In this document: piece by piece, positions 7,692 through 18,800 of the stretch | Numbering within the stretch: the first letter of the stretch is position 1 | How the letters are laid out: each line of letters starts with the position of its first letter | Assembly: GCF_000018105.1 (NCBI RefSeq) | Contig: NC_009925.1 | Location: forward strand, 1,650,001 to 1,682,000 | Direction of reading: 5' to 3' | DNA from: Acaryochloris marina MBIC11017 | GTDB taxonomy: Bacteria > Cyanobacteriota > Cyanobacteriia > Thermosynechococcales > Thermosynechococcaceae | DNA: 32,000 nucleotides | Position numbers and translations under genes: made by a program | Notes under the pieces: model-generated | The model's input: only the letters and a program-made list of their open reading frames with translations | The model's database searches: none | What the model was told of the DNA's origin: nothing

Positions 7692-9341
7692 TCAGCGGAG
7701 ATTCCCCGATCGCAAGATACTAACCGCTAACCACAGTCCCAAAAAGCTTGCCACGGCAAACAGGGTATTGCTCAACCAATACAAGGCCGTCTGTTTCTCT
7801 GCCGAAATCATCGCTGCCCCCATAATCAGCGACCCCACCAAAATACTGAACGACAGGCGATTGGCCGCGTTATCGACGGTAATCCGTAAGCCATTCAGAC
7901 CCAACAGATTTAAGTTCCACTGCAAGGATTCCGACGTCACTTGGTCTAGAAGTTGCTCTAATTGCCGGGGCGATCTCAAGGACAAATTCTTCACATCTAA
8001 TGCCGTCCTTAGCAGCGTCGGCAAGGGATCTTCCCCGACAAACTGGCGTCGAAATAAATCGCTCATCAACGGCTTAATTTCATCCAGCACATTAAACTTG
8101 GGGTCAAAGGTCCGAGCCGCTCCTTCTAAATTGGCTAACGCCTTGACGTATAGCCCCACATTTCCCGGTAGCTTCAGCTTATTGGTACGGGCCACTTGCA
8201 GTACTTCGTACAGCACTTCTCCCAGATTAATTTCCGCCAGATTGCGATTATAGTACTTGCGCAGCAGGGCTTCAAAATCACTTTCGAGCTGGGCCAGGTT
8301 CTCTGCCCGTCGAGTTTTCGCTAGCTGTAAGGTCAAACGGCTACAGCGTTGGGCATCCAGATCCACAATGGCTAACAGCATCTCCGTCAAAATCTGCTGG
8401 GTATTGGGATCTAGGCGTCCGACCATACCGCAGTCTAAGATCGCGGCTCGGCCATCGTTTAGATAGTACAAATTGCCGGGATGAGGGTCGGCATGGAAGA
8501 AGCCATCCACATAGATTTGCTGCAAAAAGGCCCGAAATAACAGCGTTGTCACTTGCCGACGGGCACTATCAATTCTGGGCTCCTGTTGAGAAAAAGGCAG
8601 GTTTGCCGACAACAAGGGCTCTCCGTCTAGCCACTGCATCACCAGCACTTTCTGGGTGGTCAAGGCCAGATTGATTTTGGGGACCACGAGCTGCTGCGGA
8701 TCAAACCAGCGGCTGGTGGAGAGATTTTGGCGAAGCTGCTCCGTATGGCTGGCTTCAACAGTAAAATCCAGTTCATCTAAAAGGGCATTGGCAAACTCTG
8801 CCGCCAAGGACTTAAGGTCGTAATCTTTACCAATATCCGTTCGGGATGCCAAATCCGCGAGGGTATTGATCAGTGCAATATCTTGATTGACGATGACATC
8901 AATCCCTGGTCGCTGCACCTTAATCGCCACTTGCTGTCCGTTTGCCAGGATCGCTCGATGAACTTGGGCAATGGATCCTGAGGCCACGGGAGTCGGGTCA
9001 ATTTCTTTGAACTGAGACCGCAGTTCCTGGGCAATCTGCTGCTGAATCACCGCCTTGATTTCCGGCCAGGCCACAGGTGGCACTTTGCTCTGAAGGGTAG
9101 ACAGAGCGTCAATATAGGGGGCAGGCAAAATATCCGGTCGCGTACTCAAAAGCTGGCCTAGCTTGACATAGACTGGCCCTAAATCCACCAAAATATTGCG
9201 CAGCACCGCAGGCGTCGGCAAAGCAGGCTGATCCGCTTTGCCGCCCGTTAACAGCTGCTGCATATAGTCCCAGCCATTCCGGAGGACCACTTCAATAATG
9301 TCGCGTTGCCGGGAGGCTGTTTGCGTTAACCCTGAGAACAC
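7692..9341 (-). CDS. ABC1/UbiB/AarF atypical kinase family protein
   Basis: 549 aa. Contains KLGQLLSTRPDILP, ASGSIAQVHRA, VAIKVQRPG, FFHADPHPGNL and ILDCGMVGRL, plus C-terminal TM helices. GTG start preceded by AAGGAGG. Confidence 0.9.
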   Translation of the reverse strand: MFSGLTQTASRQRDIIEVVLRNGWDYMQQLLTGGKADQPALPTPAVLRNILVDLGPVYVKLGQLLSTRPDILPAPYIDALSTLQSKVPPVAWPEIKAVIQQQIAQELRSQFKEIDPTPVASGSIAQVHRAILANGQQVAIKVQRPGIDVIVNQDIALINTLADLASRTDIGKDYDLKSLAAEFANALLDELDFTVEASHTEQLRQNLSTSRWFDPQQLVVPKINLALTTQKVLVMQWLDGEPLLSANLPFSQQEPRIDSARRQVTTLLFRAFLQQIYVDGFFHADPHPGNLYYLNDGRAAILDCGMVGRLDPNTQQILTEMLLAIVDLDAQRCSRLTLQLAKTRRAENLAQLESDFEALLRKYYNRNLAEINLGEVLYEVLQVARTNKLKLPGNVGLYVKALANLEGAARTFDPKFNVLDEIKPLMSDLFRRQFVGEDPLPTLLRTALDVKNLSLRSPRQLEQLLDQVTSESLQWNLNLLGLNGLRITVDNAANRLSFSILVGSLIMGAAMISAEKQTALYWLSNTLFAVASFLGLWLAVSILRSGNLR

Positions 9342-9467
9342 AATGCCTCCTTTGAGGTTAGTTGAACCGTTCGAACATCTTGCTGTTGCGATCCTAGCTC
9401 AAAACTCCCTGGGGTCATTGCATTGGACTCAACAGTCTGGGAAGTGGGCGATCGCAGCCCAACATCA

Positions 9468-9497
9468 CACCTATTAATTCAAACGCTTTAATAGGTG
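9468..9497 (-). terminator. Hairpin about 30 nt downstream of the ggpS stop (weak terminator candidate)
   Basis: cacctattaa-(10-nt loop)-ttaataggtg. The stem is 10 bp and AT-rich, with no clear U-tract. Confidence 0.25.
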
Positions 9498-9527
9498 CAA
9501 TATCGCGAATTGAAAAAATTGAGCCGC

Positions 9528-11030
9528 CTAGGAAACAGAGGCTTGATTCGACGGAGCCGACTGAATCGCCTTGAACTTCTGCAGCAGATGATTCGCCCAA
9601 TAATCAACGTCGTACTTCGTGACCGTCTCAAACATTTTGGTCATAGCCGCTTGGCTCTCTTCCTCAGACATGGCCAAGGCTTTATCAATGGACTCATCCA
9701 TCCGATCAATCGAATAGGGATTGGTGAGAATGGCTTCTGGCAATTCCACCGCCGCGCCTACAAATTCTGACAGAATCAAGACACCAGGCTGCTTATCCTT
9801 GGCAATAATATATTCCTTCGCCACCAAGTTGAGGCCGTCTCTCAGAGGCGTGGTCCAGCAAATATCCGCGACTCGATAGTAGCTGAGCAGCTCCTCCAAA
9901 GACAGGGGCTGAGTATAGAGTAAAATCGGCGTCCAGCCAAGCTGGGCAAAGCGGCCATTAATCTTACCCACCTGCTGTTCAATTTCGCTTTGGGCTTTTT
10001 TGTACACCCGCATCCCCGTAGCTGGGGTCACACAGGTCATCACAAAGTTAATTTTGCCGTGGAGATCGGGGCGACGCTCCAGCAAGCGACCAAAAGCTTG
10101 CAGCTTCTCGCGATTGCCCTTGACATAGTCCACCCGGCCCGCTGCGATAATTAACTTGCGATCGCCCAGGTCTGCTTTAATTTCGGCCAGCCGTTTCTGG
10201 GCCGTGGGTTGACTGAGGGTGCTCAAGATATGTTTGGGATTCGTACCCACCGGGAAGGCATCGATATTCACTAACTGGCCTTTATAGCGCAGGTAGGTGG
10301 TCATATTAGGTTCAGCCAAAGCCGTCCCCACCGGGGTAATATGCTCCGGGATGGGGCCTTGCTCTACAATCTCCACGGGCCGCAGACTGCGGGCCACATT
10401 GACAAAGTTTTCCGAGTAGCGGGGAATATGGAAACCGACGATATCGCAACACAGCAGGCTATCTACAATTTCTTCTCGCCAGGGCAAGATATTGAAAACA
10501 TCCACCGAAGGGAAGGGCGTATGGTGGAAAAAGGCAATCTTGGCATTAGGCTTGAGCTGGCGGATGTAATGAGGGGCCATCCACAAGTTATAGTCATGAA
10601 TCCAAATTAAGGCGTCATCTGCCGCTTGTTCACAGGCGGCCTCCGCAAACAGGCGATTAATAGTGTGAAAGTTTTCCCAATCCGAAGACTCATAGGTGAA
10701 GTGGTAGGGGAAAGAGTGGAGAATCGGCCAAAAGGCTTCTTTAGATGTGATGTGGTAGAAGTGCTTGACTTGATCAGCACTCAGGGGAATCCGACAGACA
10801 TTGTAATTGCCCTCACCTTCCACCGTGACCAGGGTTTCAAAGTTACTGCGCTGCTTGGCCGTCACCTGTTTCCAGGCAATCCAAGTCCCCTGATTCACAC
10901 TAGCAAAAAAGCTTTTTAAGGTCGGCAAGATACCGTTAGGACTTTTCTTGGGCCGGTAGTGAACTTTACCGTTTTCAATCACCTCATCATAGGGTTCACG
11001 GTGGTAAAGAATCACCAGGGAAGATTTCAT
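9528..11030 (-). CDS. ggpS: Glucosylglycerol-phosphate synthase (GT20, OtsA-like)
   Basis: 500 aa. The N-terminus SSLVILYHREPYDEV-ENGK--Y---KSPNGILPTLKSFF matches my recollection of Synechocystis GgpS. GT20 blocks are present (IWIHDYNLWMAP, GFHIPRY, GRVDYVKG, LNLVAKEY). Genomic context includes gghA, glpK and stpA. AGGAGG lies upstream of the ATG. Confidence 0.85.
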   Translation of the reverse strand: MKSSLVILYHREPYDEVIENGKVHYRPKKSPNGILPTLKSFFASVNQGTWIAWKQVTAKQRSNFETLVTVEGEGNYNVCRIPLSADQVKHFYHITSKEAFWPILHSFPYHFTYESSDWENFHTINRLFAEAACEQAADDALIWIHDYNLWMAPHYIRQLKPNAKIAFFHHTPFPSVDVFNILPWREEIVDSLLCCDIVGFHIPRYSENFVNVARSLRPVEIVEQGPIPEHITPVGTALAEPNMTTYLRYKGQLVNIDAFPVGTNPKHILSTLSQPTAQKRLAEIKADLGDRKLIIAAGRVDYVKGNREKLQAFGRLLERRPDLHGKINFVMTCVTPATGMRVYKKAQSEIEQQVGKINGRFAQLGWTPILLYTQPLSLEELLSYYRVADICWTTPLRDGLNLVAKEYIIAKDKQPGVLILSEFVGAAVELPEAILTNPYSIDRMDESIDKALAMSEEESQAAMTKMFETVTKYDVDYWANHLLQKFKAIQSAPSNQASVS

Positions 11031-11054
11031 TAGATGGCCTCCTATTTGTCACGG

Positions 11055-11282
11055 TCATCCAGAGCAATGGGGATATAAAAGTTCGAGCAGCCACAGCATC
11101 GCTATATCTGATTTAATGCTGTTGGCATGGACGAGTTGAGGTTTACCCCATACTGTCCCAAAATCCTTTGCAATCAAAGATGACCCCAAGATTACCCTAT
11201 GCCAACATGCCCCACTCTGCAAATTAAGAACCGCTAAATTCTGGCTGCTTTCTGTTAGGCTGGACAACAGCAAAAATGTCAT
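11055..11282 (-). CDS. Small ORF immediately upstream of ggpS on the same strand; positional analogue of ggpR (speculative)
   Basis: 75-aa ORF filling the ggpS-gghA divergent region. In Synechocystis, a small ORF (ssl3076, ggpR) at the equivalent position modulates ggpS expression. I cannot assess sequence similarity here. Confidence 0.25.
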   Translation of the reverse strand: MTFLLLSSLTESSQNLAVLNLQSGACWHRVILGSSLIAKDFGTVWGKPQLVHANSIKSDIAMLWLLELLYPHCSG

Positions 11283-11298
11283 TCACGTCGCAAAAATT

Positions 11299-13818
11299 GT
11301 GGTTGATTCTGCTTTCCCCGAGCCCGTTCTGGATGACCAGGAAACGCAAGTCTTACTAGACTGGGCCGCCAATATTGATCAGTCGGACGCTACTTATTTT
11401 CAAACGGGTCAACTTCTCGCCACCCGATTAGGGGCTCATTACCGAGAAGATGGCCTCACGGAAATCGGCTTCTGGACCCCTGGACTCGCCGCTGAAGTGA
11501 TTCAGTCCGAGCGCAGTATCTATTTAGAAGTCTTTACCCCCCTTGACCCCATTGACTTCCAGGCGACCGAACAAGAAATTACCTGGCAACGCGATCGCAT
11601 CCCCCTCATCCTCCAGGGCGAATATATTTGGGGTGTCATTAAAGGACTTCGGGCCGGCACCCGCGAGCAAGCGGGCAGCTTTTACTGGCTGCGCTATATC
11701 GATAATCAAGGGCACGTCAAAACCACTCGCGATCCCTTAGCCTATTCCCTTCCCTACGGGGTCTTTGCCCCCGCCGAACTCTATGACAGCGATCGGCTCC
11801 AGCGCCAGCGAGCGGATTTGGGCTATTTCAAAACCACAGGGGCCCAAACCAAATCTCGCAAAGGCTTCTTAGCCTCAGACCTCAAGAACCCGCCCCCTCG
11901 ACTCCCCGCTCCAGTCTGTATCCTGCAACTTCATATTCATACCGCGTCTCCTGAAGGGACCCTAGCAGGTCTAACACGCATCTACCAGCGCATCTCGGAC
12001 AAACTCTCTCAGGGAGAAGATCTCACCCCTATAGAACAGAACTATGTGGGCTACGACGCCATTGAGCTACTGCCCATAGAGCCCACCATTGAATATCGCC
12101 TGGACCAAGACAACCACCACCATGAGTTCTTTGCCCGTCCCCCTGAACCCACCAGTCTCACGGACGAACATACCCAGACCATCCAAATTACCCTCCGCAA
12201 ACCCAATACCCAAAATTGGGGCTATGACGTCCCCATTATTGGCTCTGCAGCGACCAATCCAGCCGTCTTAGAAACGCTACGCCCCGACGAAACCATCGAC
12301 TTTATCGCCACCCTTCATAATTTTTCCACGGGGCCAATTCAAGTGATCTATGACCTGGTTTATGGCCATGCTGACAATCAATGCGAGAAGCTGATTAGCC
12401 GCCAATACTTAAAAGGTCCTAACATGTACGGCCAGGACTTAAACCACCAGCTCCCTGCAGTCCGGGCTGTGCTATTAGAAATGCAGCGGCGCAAAAACAA
12501 TACCGGGGCAGATGGCATTCGCGTGGATGGGGGACAGGATTTTCGATTCTTCAATCCCCTCACCAACTTAGTGGAACAGGACGACGGCTATCTGCGAGCT
12601 ATGGGCAATATTGTCCAAGAAATAGAAGGCAACGAGCGCCTGATGTTTACCATCTTTGAAGATGGCCGCCCTTGGCCCCAAGAAGGCTGGGAAGAGACCT
12701 CTCGCTATCTAGAGTTGGTTGAACTCGAACCCCATTCCTACCAGTGGGGCCCCCTGGTATTTGCCCACAACACCCCAGCACTCCAGCATTTTTGGGATCA
12801 GAAATGGCGGCGAGTCTGCGAGGTCATGTTCCAAGGCTCCCACTGGATCACCGGCTGCGCCAACCATGACACGGTTCGCCGGGGCAATCAAATTGACCCC
12901 AATGGTCCCATTAACTGGCACTTGGGCGACACCCTGGTCGAGGTGACCAAAACCGCCTACGATAACCCCGCCATCAAGCTGTGGGTGTTAGGGTTTTGCC
13001 CAGGCTTACCCATGGAATTTCTCAATGCCAACTTCCGAGGCGCTTGGGGCTTTTTCCGCAATACAGATGAGCTATATGGCGTTAAAGTGGTGTCCGAAGA
13101 GATTGGATTCCTAGACTGGCAGCTGACCCCAGAATTATTTCAGCCGCCTGAGGTGTTTCCCCAGCTCAAAGCCCTTGGTTTTACCGACCTAGAAATGCTC
13201 CGCCAGTTTGCAGCCGCCCTACAAACCACTATGTTGGAGTCGGACTATAACCTAGAGATCGTCGCTGATTTATGTCGGCGGTGTTTCAACGGTGATTCAG
13301 GGGTCTGTGCCAACCTCAATTTAGAATCCCTGAAATATTCGGATCGTCCAGCCTTTCTCAATGATTTGGACGTCCCCAAACTCAAGCAATTTGCCCGGGC
13401 CTTTATGGAAGATGGCTATGACTTTTCCAATGTGAAGCATTGGGGAGATAGCTTAGATCCGGACCAGGTGGCCTTTAATTTAGCAGCTCGTCAATATCGA
13501 TTTACCCACCCTTGGCTAGGGGAGAATTTGACAGAACGCGATCGCTTCAACCGGATCACGGAAGATGCCTACACCCTGTTCTATGGTCACCGAACCCAGC
13601 ATGATCCTGACATTGAACAGCCGGAAGACATCGTCATGGTCAGCCATATGGGGGGTGAGCCGGCCATGGTCACCTTAGGAGACTGGTTACAGCTGGAATT
13701 AAGCGAATGGCGGGTGGCATTGACCTCTCCCGGCTTAGCAATCGGGAATGATGTCGAAAGCTTAAGATCTTTTGAACTAAAGGACACACAAGGGGTACTC
13801 CTAGAGAAGATTGTGTAA
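11299..13818 (+). CDS. gghA: GH13-like glycoside hydrolase, probable glucosylglycerol hydrolase (Slr1670/GghA-like)
   Basis: 839 aa with a GTG start. The alpha-amylase-family conserved regions are visible: I VIYDLVYGHAD, II GADGIRVDGGQDF, III MFTIFEDGRPW, IV ITGCANHDTVRRG. It is divergent from ggpS and directly upstream of glpK, the same arrangement I recall for slr1670 in Synechocystis. Confidence 0.7.
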   Translation: MVDSAFPEPVLDDQETQVLLDWAANIDQSDATYFQTGQLLATRLGAHYREDGLTEIGFWTPGLAAEVIQSERSIYLEVFTPLDPIDFQATEQEITWQRDRIPLILQGEYIWGVIKGLRAGTREQAGSFYWLRYIDNQGHVKTTRDPLAYSLPYGVFAPAELYDSDRLQRQRADLGYFKTTGAQTKSRKGFLASDLKNPPPRLPAPVCILQLHIHTASPEGTLAGLTRIYQRISDKLSQGEDLTPIEQNYVGYDAIELLPIEPTIEYRLDQDNHHHEFFARPPEPTSLTDEHTQTIQITLRKPNTQNWGYDVPIIGSAATNPAVLETLRPDETIDFIATLHNFSTGPIQVIYDLVYGHADNQCEKLISRQYLKGPNMYGQDLNHQLPAVRAVLLEMQRRKNNTGADGIRVDGGQDFRFFNPLTNLVEQDDGYLRAMGNIVQEIEGNERLMFTIFEDGRPWPQEGWEETSRYLELVELEPHSYQWGPLVFAHNTPALQHFWDQKWRRVCEVMFQGSHWITGCANHDTVRRGNQIDPNGPINWHLGDTLVEVTKTAYDNPAIKLWVLGFCPGLPMEFLNANFRGAWGFFRNTDELYGVKVVSEEIGFLDWQLTPELFQPPEVFPQLKALGFTDLEMLRQFAAALQTTMLESDYNLEIVADLCRRCFNGDSGVCANLNLESLKYSDRPAFLNDLDVPKLKQFARAFMEDGYDFSNVKHWGDSLDPDQVAFNLAARQYRFTHPWLGENLTERDRFNRITEDAYTLFYGHRTQHDPDIEQPEDIVMVSHMGGEPAMVTLGDWLQLELSEWRVALTSPGLAIGNDVESLRSFELKDTQGVLLEKIV

Positions 13819-13835
13819 ACCCTTCGAGGAAGATC

Positions 13836-15344
13836 ATGACTTCAGCTACCTACATCATGGCCTTGGATTTGGGGACCACTGGCAATCGTGCCATTCTCTT
13901 CGACCAAGACGGCCAGATTGTCGATCAAGCCTATAAAGAACTTCCTCAGTATTATCCTCAGCCGGGATGGGTGGAACATGATGCCTTAGAAATCTGGCGC
14001 GATACCCGTTGGGCCATGGAAACGGTGGTCACCCAAGCCCACATTGATCCCGCTCAGATCGCAGCCATCGGCCTCACTGTGCAGCGAGAAACCTGCCTGC
14101 TCTGGGATAAAACCACGGGCCAGCCCTTGCACAAAGCCATTGTTTGGCAAGACCGACGCACGGCAGCCTACTGTAACCAACTGGCTGAGCAAGGCCATAC
14201 CCAGGATATTTATGATCGCACTGGTTTAGTCCTGGATGCCTATTTTTCCGGGAGCAAGTTAGCCTGGCTGCTTACAGAAGTGAAGAGGCAAAACCCCAAT
14301 CTCAATCTAGACAATGTTATTGCTGGCACCATCGATACCTGGGCCTTGTGGAATCTTACAGGCGGCAAGGTTCACGCCACGGATCACAGTAATGCCAGTC
14401 GGACCCTACTGCTGAATTTAAGCCAAGGCACCTGGGATGACCATCTTCTCGATCTATTTGGCATTCCCAAGTCATTTATGCCCGCCATTCAGCCCAGCTT
14501 AGGTATCTTTGGCAAAACCGATACCAAGTTCCTGGGTCAAGAAATTCCCATTGCCGCCATCTTTGGGGACCAGCAGGCCGCCTTATTTGCCCATGGCTGC
14601 GATCGCCCTGGTGCCCTCAAATGCACCTATGGCACCGGGTCTTTTCTAGTCGCCCATACGGGGAGTAACATTGCTCGCTCCAAGAACCGTCTGCTGTCCA
14701 CCGTGGCTTGGACCCAAACCGATAAGGGACAGACCCAAACTGGCTATGCCATCGAAGGCAGTATGTTTACCTCCGGGGCTTGTATCCAGTGGCTGCGAGA
14801 TGGCCTTAAGCTGATTGCCAATGCTGCTGAAACAGAAGGATTAGCCCAAGCAGTCGAAGATAACGGTGGCGTTTATTTTGTCCCTGCCCTAAGCGGTCTC
14901 GGTGCTCCCCACTGGGATATGAGCGCTCGGGGGGCCTTTTTGGGAATTACGCGCGGGGCTCAACGAGAGCACATGGTACGGGCTGTCTTAGAAGCGATCG
15001 CTTTCCAAACCAAGGAAGTGGTTGATGCGGTCAATCAAGATTGTGGCTCTCCTATTCAGCAACTCAAAGTCGATGGTGGCGCTTGCCAGAACAATTTCTT
15101 GATGCAGTACCAAGCTGATGTTTTGGGCATTCCGGTTGAACGTCCTGCGGTTTTGGATGCCACTGCCCAAGGAGCAGCGTTCGGGGCAGGGTTAGCCATA
15201 GGGGTGTGGAAAGACTATGCAGGGTTAGTCGCTGCTCGCAAAATCGATCAAGTCTTTAAACCAGGTGCGAATGCCCAAACCGCTCAAGCCAATTTTAAAA
15301 CCTGGCAAAAAGCAGTGGAACGCGCTAAAAATTGGGCCGACTAG
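13836..15344 (+). CDS. glpK: Glycerol kinase
   Basis: 502 aa. Contains LDLGTTGNRAILFD, PGWVEHDALEIW, ITNQRETCLLWDK-like (GLTVQRETCLLWDK), GDQQAALF, KCTYGTGSF and VDGGACQNNFLMQ. Confidence 0.95.
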   Translation: MTSATYIMALDLGTTGNRAILFDQDGQIVDQAYKELPQYYPQPGWVEHDALEIWRDTRWAMETVVTQAHIDPAQIAAIGLTVQRETCLLWDKTTGQPLHKAIVWQDRRTAAYCNQLAEQGHTQDIYDRTGLVLDAYFSGSKLAWLLTEVKRQNPNLNLDNVIAGTIDTWALWNLTGGKVHATDHSNASRTLLLNLSQGTWDDHLLDLFGIPKSFMPAIQPSLGIFGKTDTKFLGQEIPIAAIFGDQQAALFAHGCDRPGALKCTYGTGSFLVAHTGSNIARSKNRLLSTVAWTQTDKGQTQTGYAIEGSMFTSGACIQWLRDGLKLIANAAETEGLAQAVEDNGGVYFVPALSGLGAPHWDMSARGAFLGITRGAQREHMVRAVLEAIAFQTKEVVDAVNQDCGSPIQQLKVDGGACQNNFLMQYQADVLGIPVERPAVLDATAQGAAFGAGLAIGVWKDYAGLVAARKIDQVFKPGANAQTAQANFKTWQKAVERAKNWAD

Positions 15345-15557
15345 TATCAATCGCGACATTTTTTCTCGTCTGTAACTCGTTAACATAAGGGTCGTCCAAA
15401 TTTCCCCAACGAGAATCAAAATCGCCATGGTAGAACTATTAAAAATAGCCTCTTAAATGAGATTTGTATCTCATCAATTTATCTACGGCAAAAATTAATC
15501 AATATACAACCATTTATCTTTAAAAAAATCTATTAATAGCTAATATAAACTCAGTTA

Positions 15558-15591
15558 ATAATAGGGTTTCTCAGGAGAGAAACCCTATTAT
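15558..15591. other. Perfect 15-bp stem / 4-nt loop hairpin in an AT-rich 536-bp intergenic region
   Basis: ataatagggtttctc-agga-gagaaaccctattat. It sits 214 nt after the glpK stop and 290 nt before the next start. No adjacent U-tract on either strand. Confidence 0.6.
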
Positions 15592-15880
15592 CTACATTAG
15601 TGAATCATCACATCCGTTGAGGAATCAATATCCATTCATCGAGATGGCGTTGGTTGATCTGATGTAGAACAGTTCTTTCCCCTAATTTAGGACGATTTCA
15701 GGTGTTGTAGGGAGTTCTCCTTGCAATCGTTTTTATTTGGAGCTTCTTGAAGGATAGAAGCCCCAAAAAGTCCTATGCAAATTTTCACACAGCGTCCCCA
15801 AAAAGATACCTTCATATATCTGGAGCGAGAGAACAGCGCTGAGGTTTATATCTTGTTTTTCTTATCTTAAATCCATCACA

Positions 15881-18800
15881 ATGAACCACACTTCATCTGG
15901 CCTGGGGCAACCGATCTTATCCGTTGCTTTTATTGATGCTGAGCTATCACAAACAGATATTTTAATTCAAGAGTTAGACGTTGATCGCGTCTTTTTACTC
16001 AATGATCCTACAGATACCATCGAAGATATTACCCAGACCCTATCTCAATTTCAAGACTTAGACAATATTCATATCATTTCCCATGGCAGCCAGGGAAGCG
16101 TCCAACTGGGCAACACAGACTTAACTCAACACAACCTCAATACTTACACTCATGACCTGGAAAGCTGGGGAGAAGCATTAGCAGACCATGGCGATTTGTT
16201 GTTCTATGGCTGCAATATTAGCGCTGGCGATGACCTCACCTTCCTGCAGACAATCAGTGATGTTACCAACGCAGATGTTGCGGCTTCTAATGACTTAACG
16301 GGGTATGGGGGCGATTGGTTCTTAGAAACCAGGGTAGGACAGGTGGAAACCGCGATCGCTTTAAGCAGTGCTGGCCAAACCACTTATCAAGGCACATTAG
16401 CAACGATTGGTGAACGTGGCAGAATAGACACGCTCAATGACCAATGGACTCGCATTACCCTCCAAGAAACCTATGCCAATCCTGTGGTCATCGCTGGACC
16501 GCCCTCCTTCAATGGGCCTAATCCATCAACGGTTCGGGTTCGAAATGTCACTAGCAACAGTTTTGAAGTCCGCATTGATGAGTGGGAATATCTCGATGAA
16601 CAACACACCCTCGAGTCCCTAGGCTATCTGGTCGTTGAGGAAGGCATACATACCCTTGCAGATGGGACGGTCCTTCAGGCTGGGAGCAGTCAGAGTGATA
16701 ATGACTGGGCTTCGATTGATTTCACATCTGCATTCAACGACACGCCGTTGCTATTTGCTCAAACTACGAGCGAAAATGAAGCAGCGGCTGTGGCAGAGCA
16801 CCTCAGAAATATCTCTAACACTGGGTTTGACTTGAGGTTGCAAGAGGAAGAAGCCGCAGATCAAACCCATGCAGTGGAAGACGTGGATTGGATTGCGATC
16901 GCACCCGGTAGCGGTACCTTTGGCCCAGTCTCCTTTATTGCCAATCAAATCTCCAGTAATCATCAGGACTCCACTGCCAGCTTTGGCAGTGCCTTTAGCG
17001 GTGACATACCTGTATTTCTAGCTCAAGCCAACACCAGTAATGGCGGTGATCCGTTTGCCATTCGTTATCGAACCCTGGCCCCGACCGGCACTACCCTCTT
17101 TTTGGAAGAGGAGCAATCTAGGGACAGCGAGACCTGGCATATCTTTGAAGATGTTGCTTATTTAGCCCTGGGCACCGGATTGTTAGAGGTCCCAGATCCC
17201 GTTGTGGAGACCTTTGCCTTAGGGGATATGAATCCCATTTTGGTGAATGAATCCGCTGGTGTTGTCACCATCACAGCCGTACGTTCAGGGCCAGCCCTGG
17301 CTCCAGCGACCCTTGAGTACACCACCAATGAGGTAGGCAGTTCTGACACCGCCTTAGCCGATATCGATTTCATCACGCCCACCTTAAACGGGCGCAGCAA
17401 TACCGGTGAAATTACCTTCAGCATTGGTGAAATGGTGAAAACCTTTACGATTCCCATCATTGATGACACCTTATTGGAAGGTAACGAAACCTTCTCTGTT
17501 GGTATTCAAAATCCCAGTACAGGTAGCTTGGGTGCCCCCCGCACCACCCTGGTGACGATTATTGATGATGACGCAGCGTCTACCTTATCCGTCACAGATA
17601 CTGCCATTAATGTGGAAGAAGGCACGGCAACTGCCTCGATCACGGTTCAGCGGAGCGGCAATAGTGCGAGCGCTGCATCCGTTGATTTCAGCACCCGTGA
17701 CGGCACAGCCATTGCTGGACAAGACTATCGGGCAACCTCTGGTACCCTGACCTTTGCCGCGGGTCAAACGTCCCAAACCCTTACGGTTCCTATCCTCAAC
17801 GATATCGTTGTTGAAGGGGACGAAATATTTTCTGTGACCTTAAGCAATCCCATGGGTGGAACCCTCGGCAATAGCATCACCAATATCACCATTATTGATA
17901 ATGATTTGGCTTTGGGTAACCTCAATCGCACAACAGCAGTGTCAGGGCTAACACAACCCACTACCCTCGACTGGACACCGGATGGTCGTTATCTGTTGGT
18001 TGCCCAGAAGAACGGGGTTGTTCGGGTTATTGATAATGGCGTACTCCAAACCACCCCCTTAGTCGATCTATCGAGCCAGGTGAATGACACCCGAGACCGC
18101 GGCTTACTGGGGCTAGCCATTCATCCAGATTTTCCCAATTTACCCTATGTCTATTTGCTCTATACCTATGATCCACCCGATACGATTGGCAATACAGGCT
18201 TAGCGGCTCCAGATGCTAATGGCAATCGCCCGTCGCGGATGGTGCGGCTCACGGTCGATCCCACCACCATGGTTGCGGATCCCAGTAGTTTAGTCGTCTT
18301 AGCAGGGACCAACAGCACCTGGGCCAATACCAGTCAACCTGGTAGCAATAGTACGGGCGATCTCTCTATCCTCCCCTCTGGCATTGTCAATGGCACCACC
18401 ATTACAGCTCCCTCTGGCCAAATTGATACTGGCACCCAAGATAATGACCCCAATCGCCCCGGAATTCAGAACCAAAATATTCGAGACTATCTAGCCACTG
18501 ATAGTGAATCCCATTCCATTGGTGACTTAGAATTTGGACCCGATGGATATCTGTATCTCAGTAATGGTGATGGCACCTCCTACAACTTTGTTGATCCTCG
18601 CGGCGTTCGGGTGCAGGATATCAACAATCTGTCTGGAAAAGTTCTTCGCATTGATCCTCTTACGGGGCAAGGAATTTCTACCAATCCCTTCTTTAATGGT
18701 GATCCCAATAGCAATCAATCCAAGGTATTTTACTCAGGACTTCGCAACCCCTACCGCTTTACCTTTGATCCAGTGACCAATTTACCTGTGATTGGTGATG

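Noticed and set aside
4312-9447. Absence of HIP1 (GCGATCGC) sites across the putative island, as evidence of foreign origin.
   Set aside because: Comparable HIP1-free gaps occur elsewhere in clearly native regions (for example 16903-20219 and 26106-31433). With about one site per 2 kb, the gap is not statistically meaningful.
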